A stretch of DNA of 64,000 nt from a virus (taxonomy: Duplodnaviria; Heunggongvirae; Uroviricota; Caudoviricetes), in IMG/VR virus record IMGVR_UViG_3300014205_008670, positions 1 to 64,000 of that record. One strand, written 5' to 3'. Below, piece after piece: positions 34,058 to 43,900 of this stretch; position 1 is the stretch's first letter, and every line of letters begins with the position of its first letter. The notes under the pieces were generated by a model. The model had not been told where the DNA came from. It saw nothing but the letters and a program-made list of their open reading frames with translations, and ran no database searches. A program made the translations under genes and the position numbers.

Positions 34058-36161
34058 ATTTAAATGCCCTAGATGCAGTAAGGCAGATTATAGTATACAA
34101 AATCAAGGTGGCTCTAAACCAACTTTCCTACATTGCAAATCATGCGGATATAATGCTACCGAAGTGTCTTGGAAAAAACAACAAGAAGATCTATCAAAAG
34201 AAGTAGTTGCAAATGGTCCATCTGGAATTGGATCTGATACAAAACCAGCCTCAGATCAACCTAGCACTGAAAATAACCCGTTCATTATAAATCAAAAAAG
34301 CTTATCAAAAAAACCAAAAAAAAGACCAGAAAAAGCTTTTGGAAAAGAAGACCCAGAAGAAATTAGGAGAGTTTCAATGCAAAATCCATTTTATAAAGAA
34401 TCAAAAATAGATAATATAAAAATTATTAGACTAGGTACAGATAAACATCCGGCTACACCTAAAAGTCTAATAGCACAAAAACAATTGTCTATAATTTCCG
34501 AAAAAACTTCTAATCCATTCTATAAAAAATCTTTTTATGGAGACAAAAGCTTTGATTTAAACACAGATCCATATAGCATTGTAAGTGGATATATTAATGG
34601 CGCTTTTGATGACTTCGATGAGTTAGTAGATGCACTGAAATCTCAAGGTGTTGAGGGAAAAGAATTAGAAAAATTTGTTAATGATGCTCTTGACGGGAAA
34701 AAAGAAAACGAAGCCAATAAAGAAAGCGAAGAAGATAACTTTCATGATGAAGGCTGGACCGAAGATAGACATCTTGATGAAAGATGGGAAAATAGAGCAG
34801 ATCAAGACTTTGGACATTCTTTATTTGGATCAAAAAACCCATTCTATAAAAAAAGCAACATAGAAGATAAAGTCCTTAAAGATGCTATCGCAAAAGACGC
34901 AATATCAGTTTGGAAAGATCCAAAAAATAAATTAAGATTTTTTAAAGAAGATAGAGGTCCTGACGGAATGCAGTTTACAGAAAACGGCGGAGAAACATGG
35001 TCCTTTTCACAAAGAACAGAAGATGAAATAGAAAAAATGGGCATGGTTAAACTAATAGATGGCTCTGAAGAAGATAATAAATATTGGGATGAAGGAGAAA
35101 AAATGGGATTTGATAATGAAGAAGAATGGGATTCTATGAGCGATTCTTTTGCCTCTAAAAATCCATTTTATAAAAAAAGCGAAAATGAAAATGAAAAAAC
35201 ATATCTAGCAGTGGAGAAATCCTCTGGCAAAGTCCTCCTAGATGTAAAATCAAGTAGCAAAGAAAAAGCAAAAGAATCTTTTGAATCAAATCCAAATTTG
35301 AAGAAAACAGAATGGTTTATTAAAGAACAAAATTCTTCAAATCCATTCTACAAAGAAGCCCGTGAATTTGGAGATAGATCTAACTATGGAAAAATCATGA
35401 AAGAAATTTCAGACAAAAACATGGTATATCCAGAACAAAATGATTTTATTAATAAAAAAACAAAAAATAAAGACTCTAAAGAAAAATCTAAAAAATCTGA
35501 TGCCCCAAAAGCTACTCCAAATGTAGACGAAGGAGAAACATCAAACTTAGATAGTACATGGAGCTATAATACTGTTGATAGAAAAGAATATAGATCTTCT
35601 CCAAAACCGCAAGATTATATCCCCGGATATAAAGAGTGGTACGACCAAGAAGTAGATCCGTACTATGATGGCTGGCTTGATGATCACATAGAAAATTCTG
35701 GTGGGTCTATTCCCGGATCTAATACAGAAAAAACTATGAATCTTAATGCCGGAGAAAGAGAACACTCTCCAACATTTCCAGCAGAAGCAGTTTATGAAAA
35801 ATTATTAGAAAGTAGACATAATTTCGATGGAGATTATACAAGAATAGTAGCAGAAGGAAAATCCTATCTTTTTAAAAAATCAGATGTGGAAAATATTTTA
35901 AAAACCTCCTTTACACACTATCAGTATCTTAGAGATGATCCTGAATTTGAAGCTTATTTTTCTGAAAAATTAAAAGAAGCTAGAAAAAATAGATCATTTA
36001 TGGGAGATGCAGATGCAGCCGTCATGCATAGATTTGAAGAACATTGTTTAGATGAATTTGGACAAAACAAAGAAAATGATAAAGAACTAAAAAGTTCAAG
36101 CTGTAAAAAAAAAACTTTGACAAAGAAATCAATGTCAGGTCTCCATACAATCCTGATGTGA
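34029..36161 (+). CDS. zinc-ribbon protein with repeated NPFYKK peptide motifs
   Basis: N-terminal CPRC...CKSC ribbon. Motifs QNPFYKES, SNPFYKKS, KNPFYKKS (x2), SNPFYKEA and NPFIIN, all in frame. Confidence 0.65.
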   Translation: MNTYSFSKNKFKCPRCSKADYSIQNQGGSKPTFLHCKSCGYNATEVSWKKQQEDLSKEVVANGPSGIGSDTKPASDQPSTENNPFIINQKSLSKKPKKRPEKAFGKEDPEEIRRVSMQNPFYKESKIDNIKIIRLGTDKHPATPKSLIAQKQLSIISEKTSNPFYKKSFYGDKSFDLNTDPYSIVSGYINGAFDDFDELVDALKSQGVEGKELEKFVNDALDGKKENEANKESEEDNFHDEGWTEDRHLDERWENRADQDFGHSLFGSKNPFYKKSNIEDKVLKDAIAKDAISVWKDPKNKLRFFKEDRGPDGMQFTENGGETWSFSQRTEDEIEKMGMVKLIDGSEEDNKYWDEGEKMGFDNEEEWDSMSDSFASKNPFYKKSENENEKTYLAVEKSSGKVLLDVKSSSKEKAKESFESNPNLKKTEWFIKEQNSSNPFYKEAREFGDRSNYGKIMKEISDKNMVYPEQNDFINKKTKNKDSKEKSKKSDAPKATPNVDEGETSNLDSTWSYNTVDRKEYRSSPKPQDYIPGYKEWYDQEVDPYYDGWLDDHIENSGGSIPGSNTEKTMNLNAGEREHSPTFPAEAVYEKLLESRHNFDGDYTRIVAEGKSYLFKKSDVENILKTSFTHYQYLRDDPEFEAYFSEKLKEARKNRSFMGDADAAVMHRFEEHCLDEFGQNKENDKELKSSSCKKKTLTKKSMSGLHTILM

Positions 36162-36312
36162 AAGACGGAGAAGAAAAACGCCTTTACAACGGATCAGATA
36201 ACAATGCTCTGTTTTTTGACCCAGAAACAGGAAAAGTATACCATAGAAATGGAAACGCATTTAATAAAAAACAACCTATTTGGAAAACCAAAAAGGAGAC
36301 TATAAAACAATG
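36102..36312 (+). other. possible -1 frameshift extension of the preceding CDS at an A10 run
   Basis: Zero-frame TGT AAA AAA AAA ACT contains the slippery heptamer A_AAA_AAC. The -1 frame is open for 68 codons (..NFDKEINVRSPYNPDVKDGEEKRLYNGSDNNALFFDPETGKVYHRNGNAF..) with no in-frame ATG. Confidence 0.3.
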
Positions 36313-36355
36313 AAAAAATTAGCACAGATAATTAAAAATCATTTGGAGCTTTTAA

Positions 36356-36628
36356 ATGCCAAGTTTTGAAAAACACTGTGAAGATTGTGAAAGAGAACTA
36401 GGTGATAGGTGCGAAGAAGTTAATAGGTGGATGGACGAACTCTTCGCTAGTATGGGTCCTAAACATAGAATTGTTAGACACCATGAAGGTGGTGTAAAAG
36501 AAGCAGAAAAACTATTTGGTGCTATCGGTAAAAAGGCAGCGGAAATTCACATAAAGGCTGATTGTAGTGGAAGAATACCAACAGAATTAGAAGCCAAGAT
36601 GTGGTCCTTGTTCACTTGGGGCAGATAA
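36356..36628 (+). CDS. hypothetical Cys/His-rich small protein
   Basis: RBS present. Higher local GC than surroundings. Confidence 0.5.
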   Translation: MPSFEKHCEDCERELGDRCEEVNRWMDELFASMGPKHRIVRHHEGGVKEAEKLFGAIGKKAAEIHIKADCSGRIPTELEAKMWSLFTWGR

Positions 36629-36674
36629 CTATATCGTATACGTTATAAAATGAAAGGAATAGACAAACAAAACT

Positions 36675-39600
36675 ATGAGTAGATTCGGTAAAAACAATAC
36701 TGGAATTAGACTGTTCGATAAAGATTCTTATATTTTCTCTAAAGGCAGAACCGCATCAGAAATTATTAATGATGCAGGAGATGCCATAAAAGGAACACTA
36801 CCAAAAATAAAAACAGCAATATCAGAAAACATATCAACAGGAAAATTTCAACCAAGAAATCCTAAATTCGCAAACTTCGCATCACCATCAACATTCGGCG
36901 CCTTTGGCTCCGGTGTTTCTGGTAGCACTATGTACACATCACCAACATTCTATTCACCAATTCATACCGCTACTAACTGGCAAATTCCAACCAAGCGAAA
37001 AGAGGTCTATCAGTGGCGCTGTTCAAAAAATACCTTTTTACTAGAAGAAGATTTGTCCTTCTGTCGTATTGATTCTATTGAGTTTGCGTGCAACGAGATA
37101 ACTCAAGATATTGTCACTGGAGGCATCATACACGAGAATATTGATTGTTCTCCAATTTATGGTGGAATTTCACAATTAAGAAATCCAATAAATTTTTTTG
37201 AATATCCAGATGTGGAAAGTGAGTATATTAAAATAAAAACTCATGGATCATGGAGATTATTAGATATTCACAAAGAGCATAATGTCTATGTGGTAAAAGG
37301 AAAGCCTCTTCGTAAAGAACAAAAGAAATATGGTGATAAACTTTATAAAGAAGGACATAGAGGGAATTTATGTAAAAAATATTATATAGAGAATAAGTCT
37401 TGGCCAATAGAAATGACTCCCGCAAATAATGTGGAAAGGGGAGATTTTCTTTTATTTCCAATACCAGAATTTAAAAGGGAAGATATTCAAGATTTAGACT
37501 TTTATTGGCTTATAGGTTTAATTGCTGCCGATGGTACTGTTCGTGAAGATTATATTCATTTAAATATAAACAATTTAGAATATGACAAATATATTGACAC
37601 AATATCAACATTGCTTCCTATTCATAATAAATATAGTCACGGTGATAATTGCACAAGAATTTCAAAAGGGAATAAAGGTGGATTCTTAAAATATACTCAA
37701 TATATTTTAGGAAAACTTGAAAATAAAAAATTTACCAAACTTATAACCCATTTAAGCAAAGAACAAATCCTTTCTATTCTTGGTGGTTATTTTGATGGAG
37801 ATGGTTCTTTTACTCATCAGAACAAATTGGTAGCAAACAATGTATCTTGTGATATGTCAGACCAAATATATCATATGTGTTTAATGTGTGGAATTCATGC
37901 TTCTATTGGAAAATATACTAGAACTGGGGATCACTATCCAACACATAATGAAGAGTATTATAGAATATTTATTCCTGCGAGTGATGTTCATATATTAAAA
38001 CCTTATATGAAGTCTGATAAGATTCCTGCTGATTTTGATTTTGATGGAAATGACAGAACTTTAAGATTCTTTTTTACTGGTGAAGATGGTGTAAAGTATT
38101 ATGCCCAGCAAGTTGCCAAAGTAGAGGAATATTTATATACAGGTATAGGATATGACATTCAGATAGATCCAGAACGTTCTTATGTGGCTTCAGGATTTAA
38201 GATTTCCAACTGCCGTTTCTTTTCCCAGAACGATCCAACAATAGCATCTTCTTTAAGATTTTATTCTCAATTTCCTTTTGCTGGATATGAAAACGTTATT
38301 GGTGATCCAATAAGAAAAGAATATTATGATAATTTGAAAAAAAGATTACAAATTGAAAAATGGCTACCAATGATAGCTTACGAATACTTTACAATGGGTG
38401 ATGCTTTTCCATTTGTTAGTATAGACTGTGCCGAATGTTCTGGATTTGGCAAAAAGAAAAATGGTGAGGTTTGTAACCATACAGATGGTAGAATTTCCGT
38501 AATTTCTTTAATGAATCCAGATTGGATTGATGTTAAAATTAATCCATTAGATCCGAGCAATCCAATTATGAATTTAATAATGGATGACACAATAAAAAAT
38601 ATTGTTTGGAATAAAGAGCCATATGAGATATACAAACAAATTCCAGATTATATAAAGAAATATGTTCTAGCGAATAAGCCTATTCCATTAAATAAAAATT
38701 GTGTTACTCATCTAAAGCATGATGAGGTTCCATATATGTCTTATGGAAGAAGTCTTTTGTGTCCATTATTTCCTATTCTAGCTTATCAAGATAAGTTAAG
38801 ACAAGCTCAGTGGATTGTTGCTGAGAGGCATATATTGCCTATAAAGATATGTAAGATAGGTAATGATAATCGTCCTGCTGGACCTCAAGATATAGCTGAT
38901 ACACAGAGACAGTTGGCGATAACTGCTAGTGATCCAAATTTAACATTAGTAACACACCATGCATTTGATTTCTCGTGGGTGGGTTCTTCTGGAAAGGTTC
39001 TTCAGTTATCTAAGGAATATGAATTGATAGAAAAGGCTATTATTAAGGGACTTGGAGTTAATGAGGCTTTGTTGAGTGGCACTGGTCCAAGTTACAGCCA
39101 AGCGGCGATTGGAATAGAGGCTACTATTAAAAGACTTAAAACGGTTCAAAATATGTTGGCAGATTGGATTGTGGAGAAGATATATAAAATAGAAGCAAGA
39201 ATGAAGGGTTTTTACAAGGAAGATTTGCAAGGGAATAAGGTTTTAGATTATCCTGATATTAGATGGAATGATTTAAACTTAAGGGATGAATCTCAGAAAA
39301 ACAGTTTATTCATGCAATTATGGGATAAGAAAATTGTATCTACTCAATTTATTTGTGAAAAATTACAAATAGATTATGATGTTGAGACGGAAAGGGTTCG
39401 TCTTGAATCTGAGTTTCAGCAACAATTAGGCATTACTGATGATGGTAGTGGTGGGAAGCCTAAGGGTGGTCTTGGTGGTTTGGGTGGTGGATTTGGAGGA
39501 GGTGGTGGGAAGGGTCTTGGAGGAGGTTTGGGTGGTCTTGGTGGTGGGGATTCTAATAAGGGTAATTTACCGGGTGGTCAGAGTGGTCCCGGGCTTCCGG

Positions 39601-40157
39601 GTGATAGTATTGCGCCATCTATGAGTGGTGGTGATGAAGCTGATTACGAATTAAAGCTTAAGTCATATGAGCAGGCAAAAGATTATTTGCCTGCGGTACA
39701 TAGACCGAGGAAGTATAAGGTAAAAAAGCCTAAAGAGCCAATGGTTCCTCAGGTAGAAGAGCAGCAAACTGGAATTGCTTTAGATGGAAGGACTGGTCAA
39801 TTTAGATTAACGTCAATTGAAATGGATTTATATAGGGCAGTAAAGCGTGGTCAAGAAACGGGTAATTTGCCAATGAATTTTATTATGCAACAAAAACCTG
39901 AGCCGATTGAGATGGCTAAGGTTACTGTTGATGGGTTTTTTCCTGATATTAAGTTAATAATAGAAGCGGACGGTAAATTATACCATTCAAGTGAGGAGCA
40001 AATAGCAAAGGATAATGATAGGGACAGTAGATTAAATAATTTAGGTTGGATTGTTTTAAGATTTAAGGAAGAAGAAATAAAATATAATATAGATCAAGTT
40101 CTTGCTAAGATTATTCAGTCAGTAAAATCTCTTCAAGAAAAAAATACGCAGTACTAA
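36675..40157 (+). CDS. portal-like morphogenesis protein containing an intein, a Gly-rich linker and a C-terminal DUF559/Vsr-like endonuclease-fold domain
   Basis: The portal assignment rests on gene order (upstream of the scaffold and capsid genes), not on motifs. The insert has intein blocks and LAGLIDADG motifs. The C-terminus DFFPDIKLIIEADGKLYHSSEEQIAKDNDRDSRLNNLGWIVLRF matches the DUF559 pattern. Confidence 0.6.
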   Translation: MSRFGKNNTGIRLFDKDSYIFSKGRTASEIINDAGDAIKGTLPKIKTAISENISTGKFQPRNPKFANFASPSTFGAFGSGVSGSTMYTSPTFYSPIHTATNWQIPTKRKEVYQWRCSKNTFLLEEDLSFCRIDSIEFACNEITQDIVTGGIIHENIDCSPIYGGISQLRNPINFFEYPDVESEYIKIKTHGSWRLLDIHKEHNVYVVKGKPLRKEQKKYGDKLYKEGHRGNLCKKYYIENKSWPIEMTPANNVERGDFLLFPIPEFKREDIQDLDFYWLIGLIAADGTVREDYIHLNINNLEYDKYIDTISTLLPIHNKYSHGDNCTRISKGNKGGFLKYTQYILGKLENKKFTKLITHLSKEQILSILGGYFDGDGSFTHQNKLVANNVSCDMSDQIYHMCLMCGIHASIGKYTRTGDHYPTHNEEYYRIFIPASDVHILKPYMKSDKIPADFDFDGNDRTLRFFFTGEDGVKYYAQQVAKVEEYLYTGIGYDIQIDPERSYVASGFKISNCRFFSQNDPTIASSLRFYSQFPFAGYENVIGDPIRKEYYDNLKKRLQIEKWLPMIAYEYFTMGDAFPFVSIDCAECSGFGKKKNGEVCNHTDGRISVISLMNPDWIDVKINPLDPSNPIMNLIMDDTIKNIVWNKEPYEIYKQIPDYIKKYVLANKPIPLNKNCVTHLKHDEVPYMSYGRSLLCPLFPILAYQDKLRQAQWIVAERHILPIKICKIGNDNRPAGPQDIADTQRQLAITASDPNLTLVTHHAFDFSWVGSSGKVLQLSKEYELIEKAIIKGLGVNEALLSGTGPSYSQAAIGIEATIKRLKTVQNMLADWIVEKIYKIEARMKGFYKEDLQGNKVLDYPDIRWNDLNLRDESQKNSLFMQLWDKKIVSTQFICEKLQIDYDVETERVRLESEFQQQLGITDDGSGGKPKGGLGGLGGGFGGGGGKGLGGGLGGLGGGDSNKGNLPGGQSGPGLPGDSIAPSMSGGDEADYELKLKSYEQAKDYLPAVHRPRKYKVKKPKEPMVPQVEEQQTGIALDGRTGQFRLTSIEMDLYRAVKRGQETGNLPMNFIMQQKPEPIEMAKVTVDGFFPDIKLIIEADGKLYHSSEEQIAKDNDRDSRLNNLGWIVLRFKEEEIKYNIDQVLAKIIQSVKSLQEKNTQY
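37062..38210 (+). mobile_element. intein with LAGLIDADG homing endonuclease in the portal-like gene
   Basis: Starts CRIDSIEF. Block B-like GSWRLLDIHKEH. DOD motifs LIGLIAADGTV and ILGGYFDGDGSF. Block F/G GYDIQIDPERSYVASGFKISN, then +1 Cys. Confidence 0.6.
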
Positions 40158-40246
40158 AGGTATTGTATAGAGGAATAATCGTATTAGTAGTAGAATATCT
40201 TATATATGAATATTATTTTTAATATTAAAAGTGGTGGGGACAAATA

Positions 40247-40639
40247 ATGCCTTCAAATTTACCTAGGAATACTGGTGGTCGTGGTGGTCGTGAGCCCGGG
40301 ATTATGCCATTAGAGTTTCCTGCTGACTTCGACACTCTTAGGAAAAGAACTCAGCCAGAAACTATTGTTTTTACTAATTCTGGTGGTGCTACAAGTGATC
40401 CTTATAGTGTAGCGCCTTGTGAGTATTTTTCTATTTATGTTTGGGGTACTACTCCTGATGTGGATGTAGAGGCTTGTATGAATCCTACATATGGGAATTG
40501 GGTTTTATTAAATGCAAGTGCGTTAGGTGATGGTGGTTTTTATGCGGGTCAGGGTGGTCAGCATCCGTGGATAAGGGTTGTGATAAATTCTGGGACAAAT
40601 GTTACCGTGCATTTATTTAGAAAGTATGCAACATATTAA
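40247..40639 (+). CDS. hypothetical protein, Gly/Arg-rich N-terminus
   Basis: RBS GGTGGGG. Confidence 0.45.
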   Translation: MPSNLPRNTGGRGGREPGIMPLEFPADFDTLRKRTQPETIVFTNSGGATSDPYSVAPCEYFSIYVWGTTPDVDVEACMNPTYGNWVLLNASALGDGGFYAGQGGQHPWIRVVINSGTNVTVHLFRKYATY

Positions 40640-40729
40640 AATATTTTCTAAACAAAAAGGAATATTTTAAGAAGTTTAGTAACAGATATAAATGAGCATT
40701 AAAAGTTACCACATTGTGGAGGAAAAAAA

Positions 40730-40924
40730 ATGAAATTTAATAAAATTTCTGCTTTATCATCTGAAGATAGAACAAAGCTTAAGGAATACTGGAGTGATTT
40801 ATGGGGAAGTGAATTTGCGACTGCCCTTACTACAGATTTCAAGAGTGATGCAAAGAAGGTAGATGTTAAGGCTAATAGTAACAGTACTAAGAAACAGTCA
40901 ACTGTCAAGAAAATAACTCTCTAA
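40730..40924 (+). CDS. hypothetical small protein
   Basis: Strong RBS GGAGGAAAAAAAATG. The overlapping minus-strand ORF is less likely. Confidence 0.4.
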   Translation: MKFNKISALSSEDRTKLKEYWSDLWGSEFATALTTDFKSDAKKVDVKANSNSTKKQSTVKKITL

Positions 40925-40948
40925 AAAGATTAAAGGGAGTTTATCCTA

Positions 40949-43900
40949 ATGTCTTTTATTAAAAAAGCAAAAATACAATTTACAAATTCGTCTTCTTTAG
41001 CTGATATAGTTAAGGGTTCTTGCATGGAAGACGTTATTTTATATAACCCTAGAACTGCATTTATAAAACATGATATTTCTAAAAATTTAATTCAAGCAGA
41101 AAATTCTTTAGATATTGTTGCTGAATTAGAGCAAAGAGATCCTGATGAATGGGTTTTATTTAGGGCTAGGGCAATTGATGCTGGTGGTTCTGAAAAAACT
41201 GGAGAACATTATCATGGTGCCAATGATAATGGCGATTATTTTTCAGAGGAAGAGTTATTAAAAGTTTTTGCAAAAGATAGTAATGGAAGGCAGGTTCGTT
41301 CTTTTGAGACTTTTATTAATTGTCCTGTTTTTACAAATCATCAAAATACAGATATTGAAAAAGCTCGTGGAAAAATTATAAATGCCTTTTATGATAAGGA
41401 TAACCATTGTGTGTATATAGATGGTTTAGTTGATGCAAAAGCATATCCTGAATTAGCTAGAGGTATAAGAGAAGGGTATATAAGTGATGTAAGTATGGGT
41501 GCAAGTGTCAAGTCTTCAAGCTGTTCTATTTGTGGTCATGAGGCTGAAAACGAAAAAACTTATTGTACTCATATAAAAAACAATAAAGGTAAAAAAATTG
41601 GTGGAAAACCAGTTTATGAAATAAATCATGGTATTAAGTTTATTGAATTGTCGGCAGTAACCGATGGTGCTTGTGATAACTGTACAATTCAAAGTGCTTA
41701 TTCTGGTAGTGAGTTTCTAAAGAAATTAGATGAAACGGTAAGAAAGGGAAATAGTTTTTTATCTTCTATTAAAAATGCATCTTCAGATTCTACCATAAAG
41801 GTTGCTCGTGGTGAAGATGTTGATAAATTAAATAAGGCTTTAGATTTATTAAAAGAAGTAGCGGAACAAATTTTAGGATCAAAGGATGTTGACTTTGAAT
41901 TCCTTGAGGATATTGGATCTCTTTTAGCTGAACTTCAAAACTTAATTGTTGACCTTGTTGAAGCTGGGTTTGCCAATCAAAGTCAGGGTGGTGGGGTTCC
42001 TACTAATCCAATGGGTGAGGGTGTTCAAAAGGGTTTAAACACAGAAACACAAACAGAGACTCCTCCTGCGCCAGCGGAAATACCTCCAACCACATCTCCG
42101 CCACAGCCTTCACCAGTTGGTTTGGAAGCACAATTGCCATTAGCAGTTTCATCTCCGGTTGAAAAAAATATAAAGAATAGTAATAAAATAAAAGGGTTAA
42201 AGACAATAAATCAAGAATTGGTAAAATTACAAGAATCTATAAACAGATTTAAAATGGAACTAAAAAGTGGAGAAAACGTCATGGCTTCTAGTAAAGAGCT
42301 AAAAAGAATTCAAACAACAAATAAAATTTCTGAGAAATTTGATAAGTTACTTGAAACTCAAGCTTCCATGAACCTTCCGATTATAATTTCCGAAGGTCCT
42401 TATTCGGTAAAAATAGACTTTGAAAAAGGAATTACAGGATATGTTGGTAAGGAAGTTGTTGCTTCCATTTCAAATGAAGAATTAGAAGAAAAAGCATTAG
42501 AAAATATAAAAGAAAATCCGTCAGTTTTAGCTGGTCGTCTTATTGAAAAGATGGCTAAAAAATACAACCAAAATGGAGAGATAAAAATGGCTGGTGAAAA
42601 ATTAGATATTAAAGAAGCCCTTCAAACAAATGCACCTCCTCAAGAGCAAGTGCAAGAAGGCCAGTTAGAAGACCTCTCTGGTAATTGGTCTCGTAAAAAT
42701 GATGTTTCTGAAGCTACTGGTCAGCTTGGTGTAACTACACAGAAACAATTAGATAATGTTCCTAAATCTTCAGAAACAGGTAAAGGTGATTGGAATAGAG
42801 TTCGTCCAGAGGGTGTTAAAGAAAACTTACAAGTAACAGAAGGACAGCTTGACAATCCTACAAATCCTTCAAAATTAAATTCTGAAAGAAAAGAATCTGG
42901 TGTTGCAAAGGCTGAAGGACAGCATAGCCAAGTACAAGAAGGGCAATTAGGTGATAAGAGCCTTAATTTTGGATCTGAAAGATGGCAAGATGATACTGCT
43001 GCTGGAGATTTTATTCCAGTTACAGAAAATCAGTTTGAAGGAAAAGACAGACAGGGTACTGCCATTAATGAAGTTCCAGAAGGTCAATTAAAAAACTATC
43101 GTCAGGGTCCTGATGTTGCAAATTCAAAATCAGCATCAATACCAGCACGAGTAGTTAATGCAATGATTAATGGTATGGCTGACGCAGTTCTTAAGGAACA
43201 TGTTTCTCCAAAAGTTGTTGCTGCTACAAAGGTTGGAATAAACGATCTTTTAGTTGATACGAATAATAGGCTTGCTCCTTATATTAAGGCTTCTATTGGA
43301 AGTAATATGAAGTTAGCTTCTCCTTATTTGGAGGATGCAATTTCAGTTCTTTATGAAGATAAAGATTATTTACAGAAAAAAATAGCTTCTTATGTTGATG
43401 CAAAAATTGAAAATCTTAAAAAATTAGCTTCTGGTGTTGGTCAAAAAACACGATTTGAAGTTCTTCGTGAGGCATTTAGAAAGGAATCAGAAAGAAGTGC
43501 GTTTTCTATAGACGCATCAGTTCTTTCAAACCTATTCCCCGGTGTTTCTGACTTTACCAATTTAGATGAAAAAATGATTAAACAAAAGTTCTTAGAAAGC
43601 AATCCTGGCTCTAAACTCTTAGGGTTTAGAAAGGTAGATGGTGGATTTATTGCTGAACTTGAAACAGACAAAAACAAACCTTCTGAGGTACAAAACAATG
43701 TATCTGAACAGGTGCCTAATTTGGATTCAAATTCACAAGATGTATCTATTGGAGTAGGTCAAGAAACAATGAATACAAATGAAGAAATTCCAGTATCCGC
43801 TGAAGCTATTAAAAAGCTTAAGGCTCTTGCAATGCAAAAGAAAGCTCAAAATCCAGCAGGTACAACTCTTCCTCCTGCTGGTGGTGCTCCTGCCGGTGGT

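Noticed and set aside
34381-35360. NPF motifs as eukaryotic EH-domain ligands
   Set aside because: The genome has bacterial SD sites, intrinsic terminators and sigma-70-type signals. A eukaryotic endocytic-motif reading is not supported, so it is kept only as a peptide-repeat observation.
38020-38050. ADFDFDGND resembling the RNA polymerase NADFDGD metal-binding motif
   Set aside because: It lies inside the intein (between the second LAGLIDADG block and the intein C-terminus), there is no surrounding double-psi beta-barrel context, and the Asn at the third acidic position breaks the motif.
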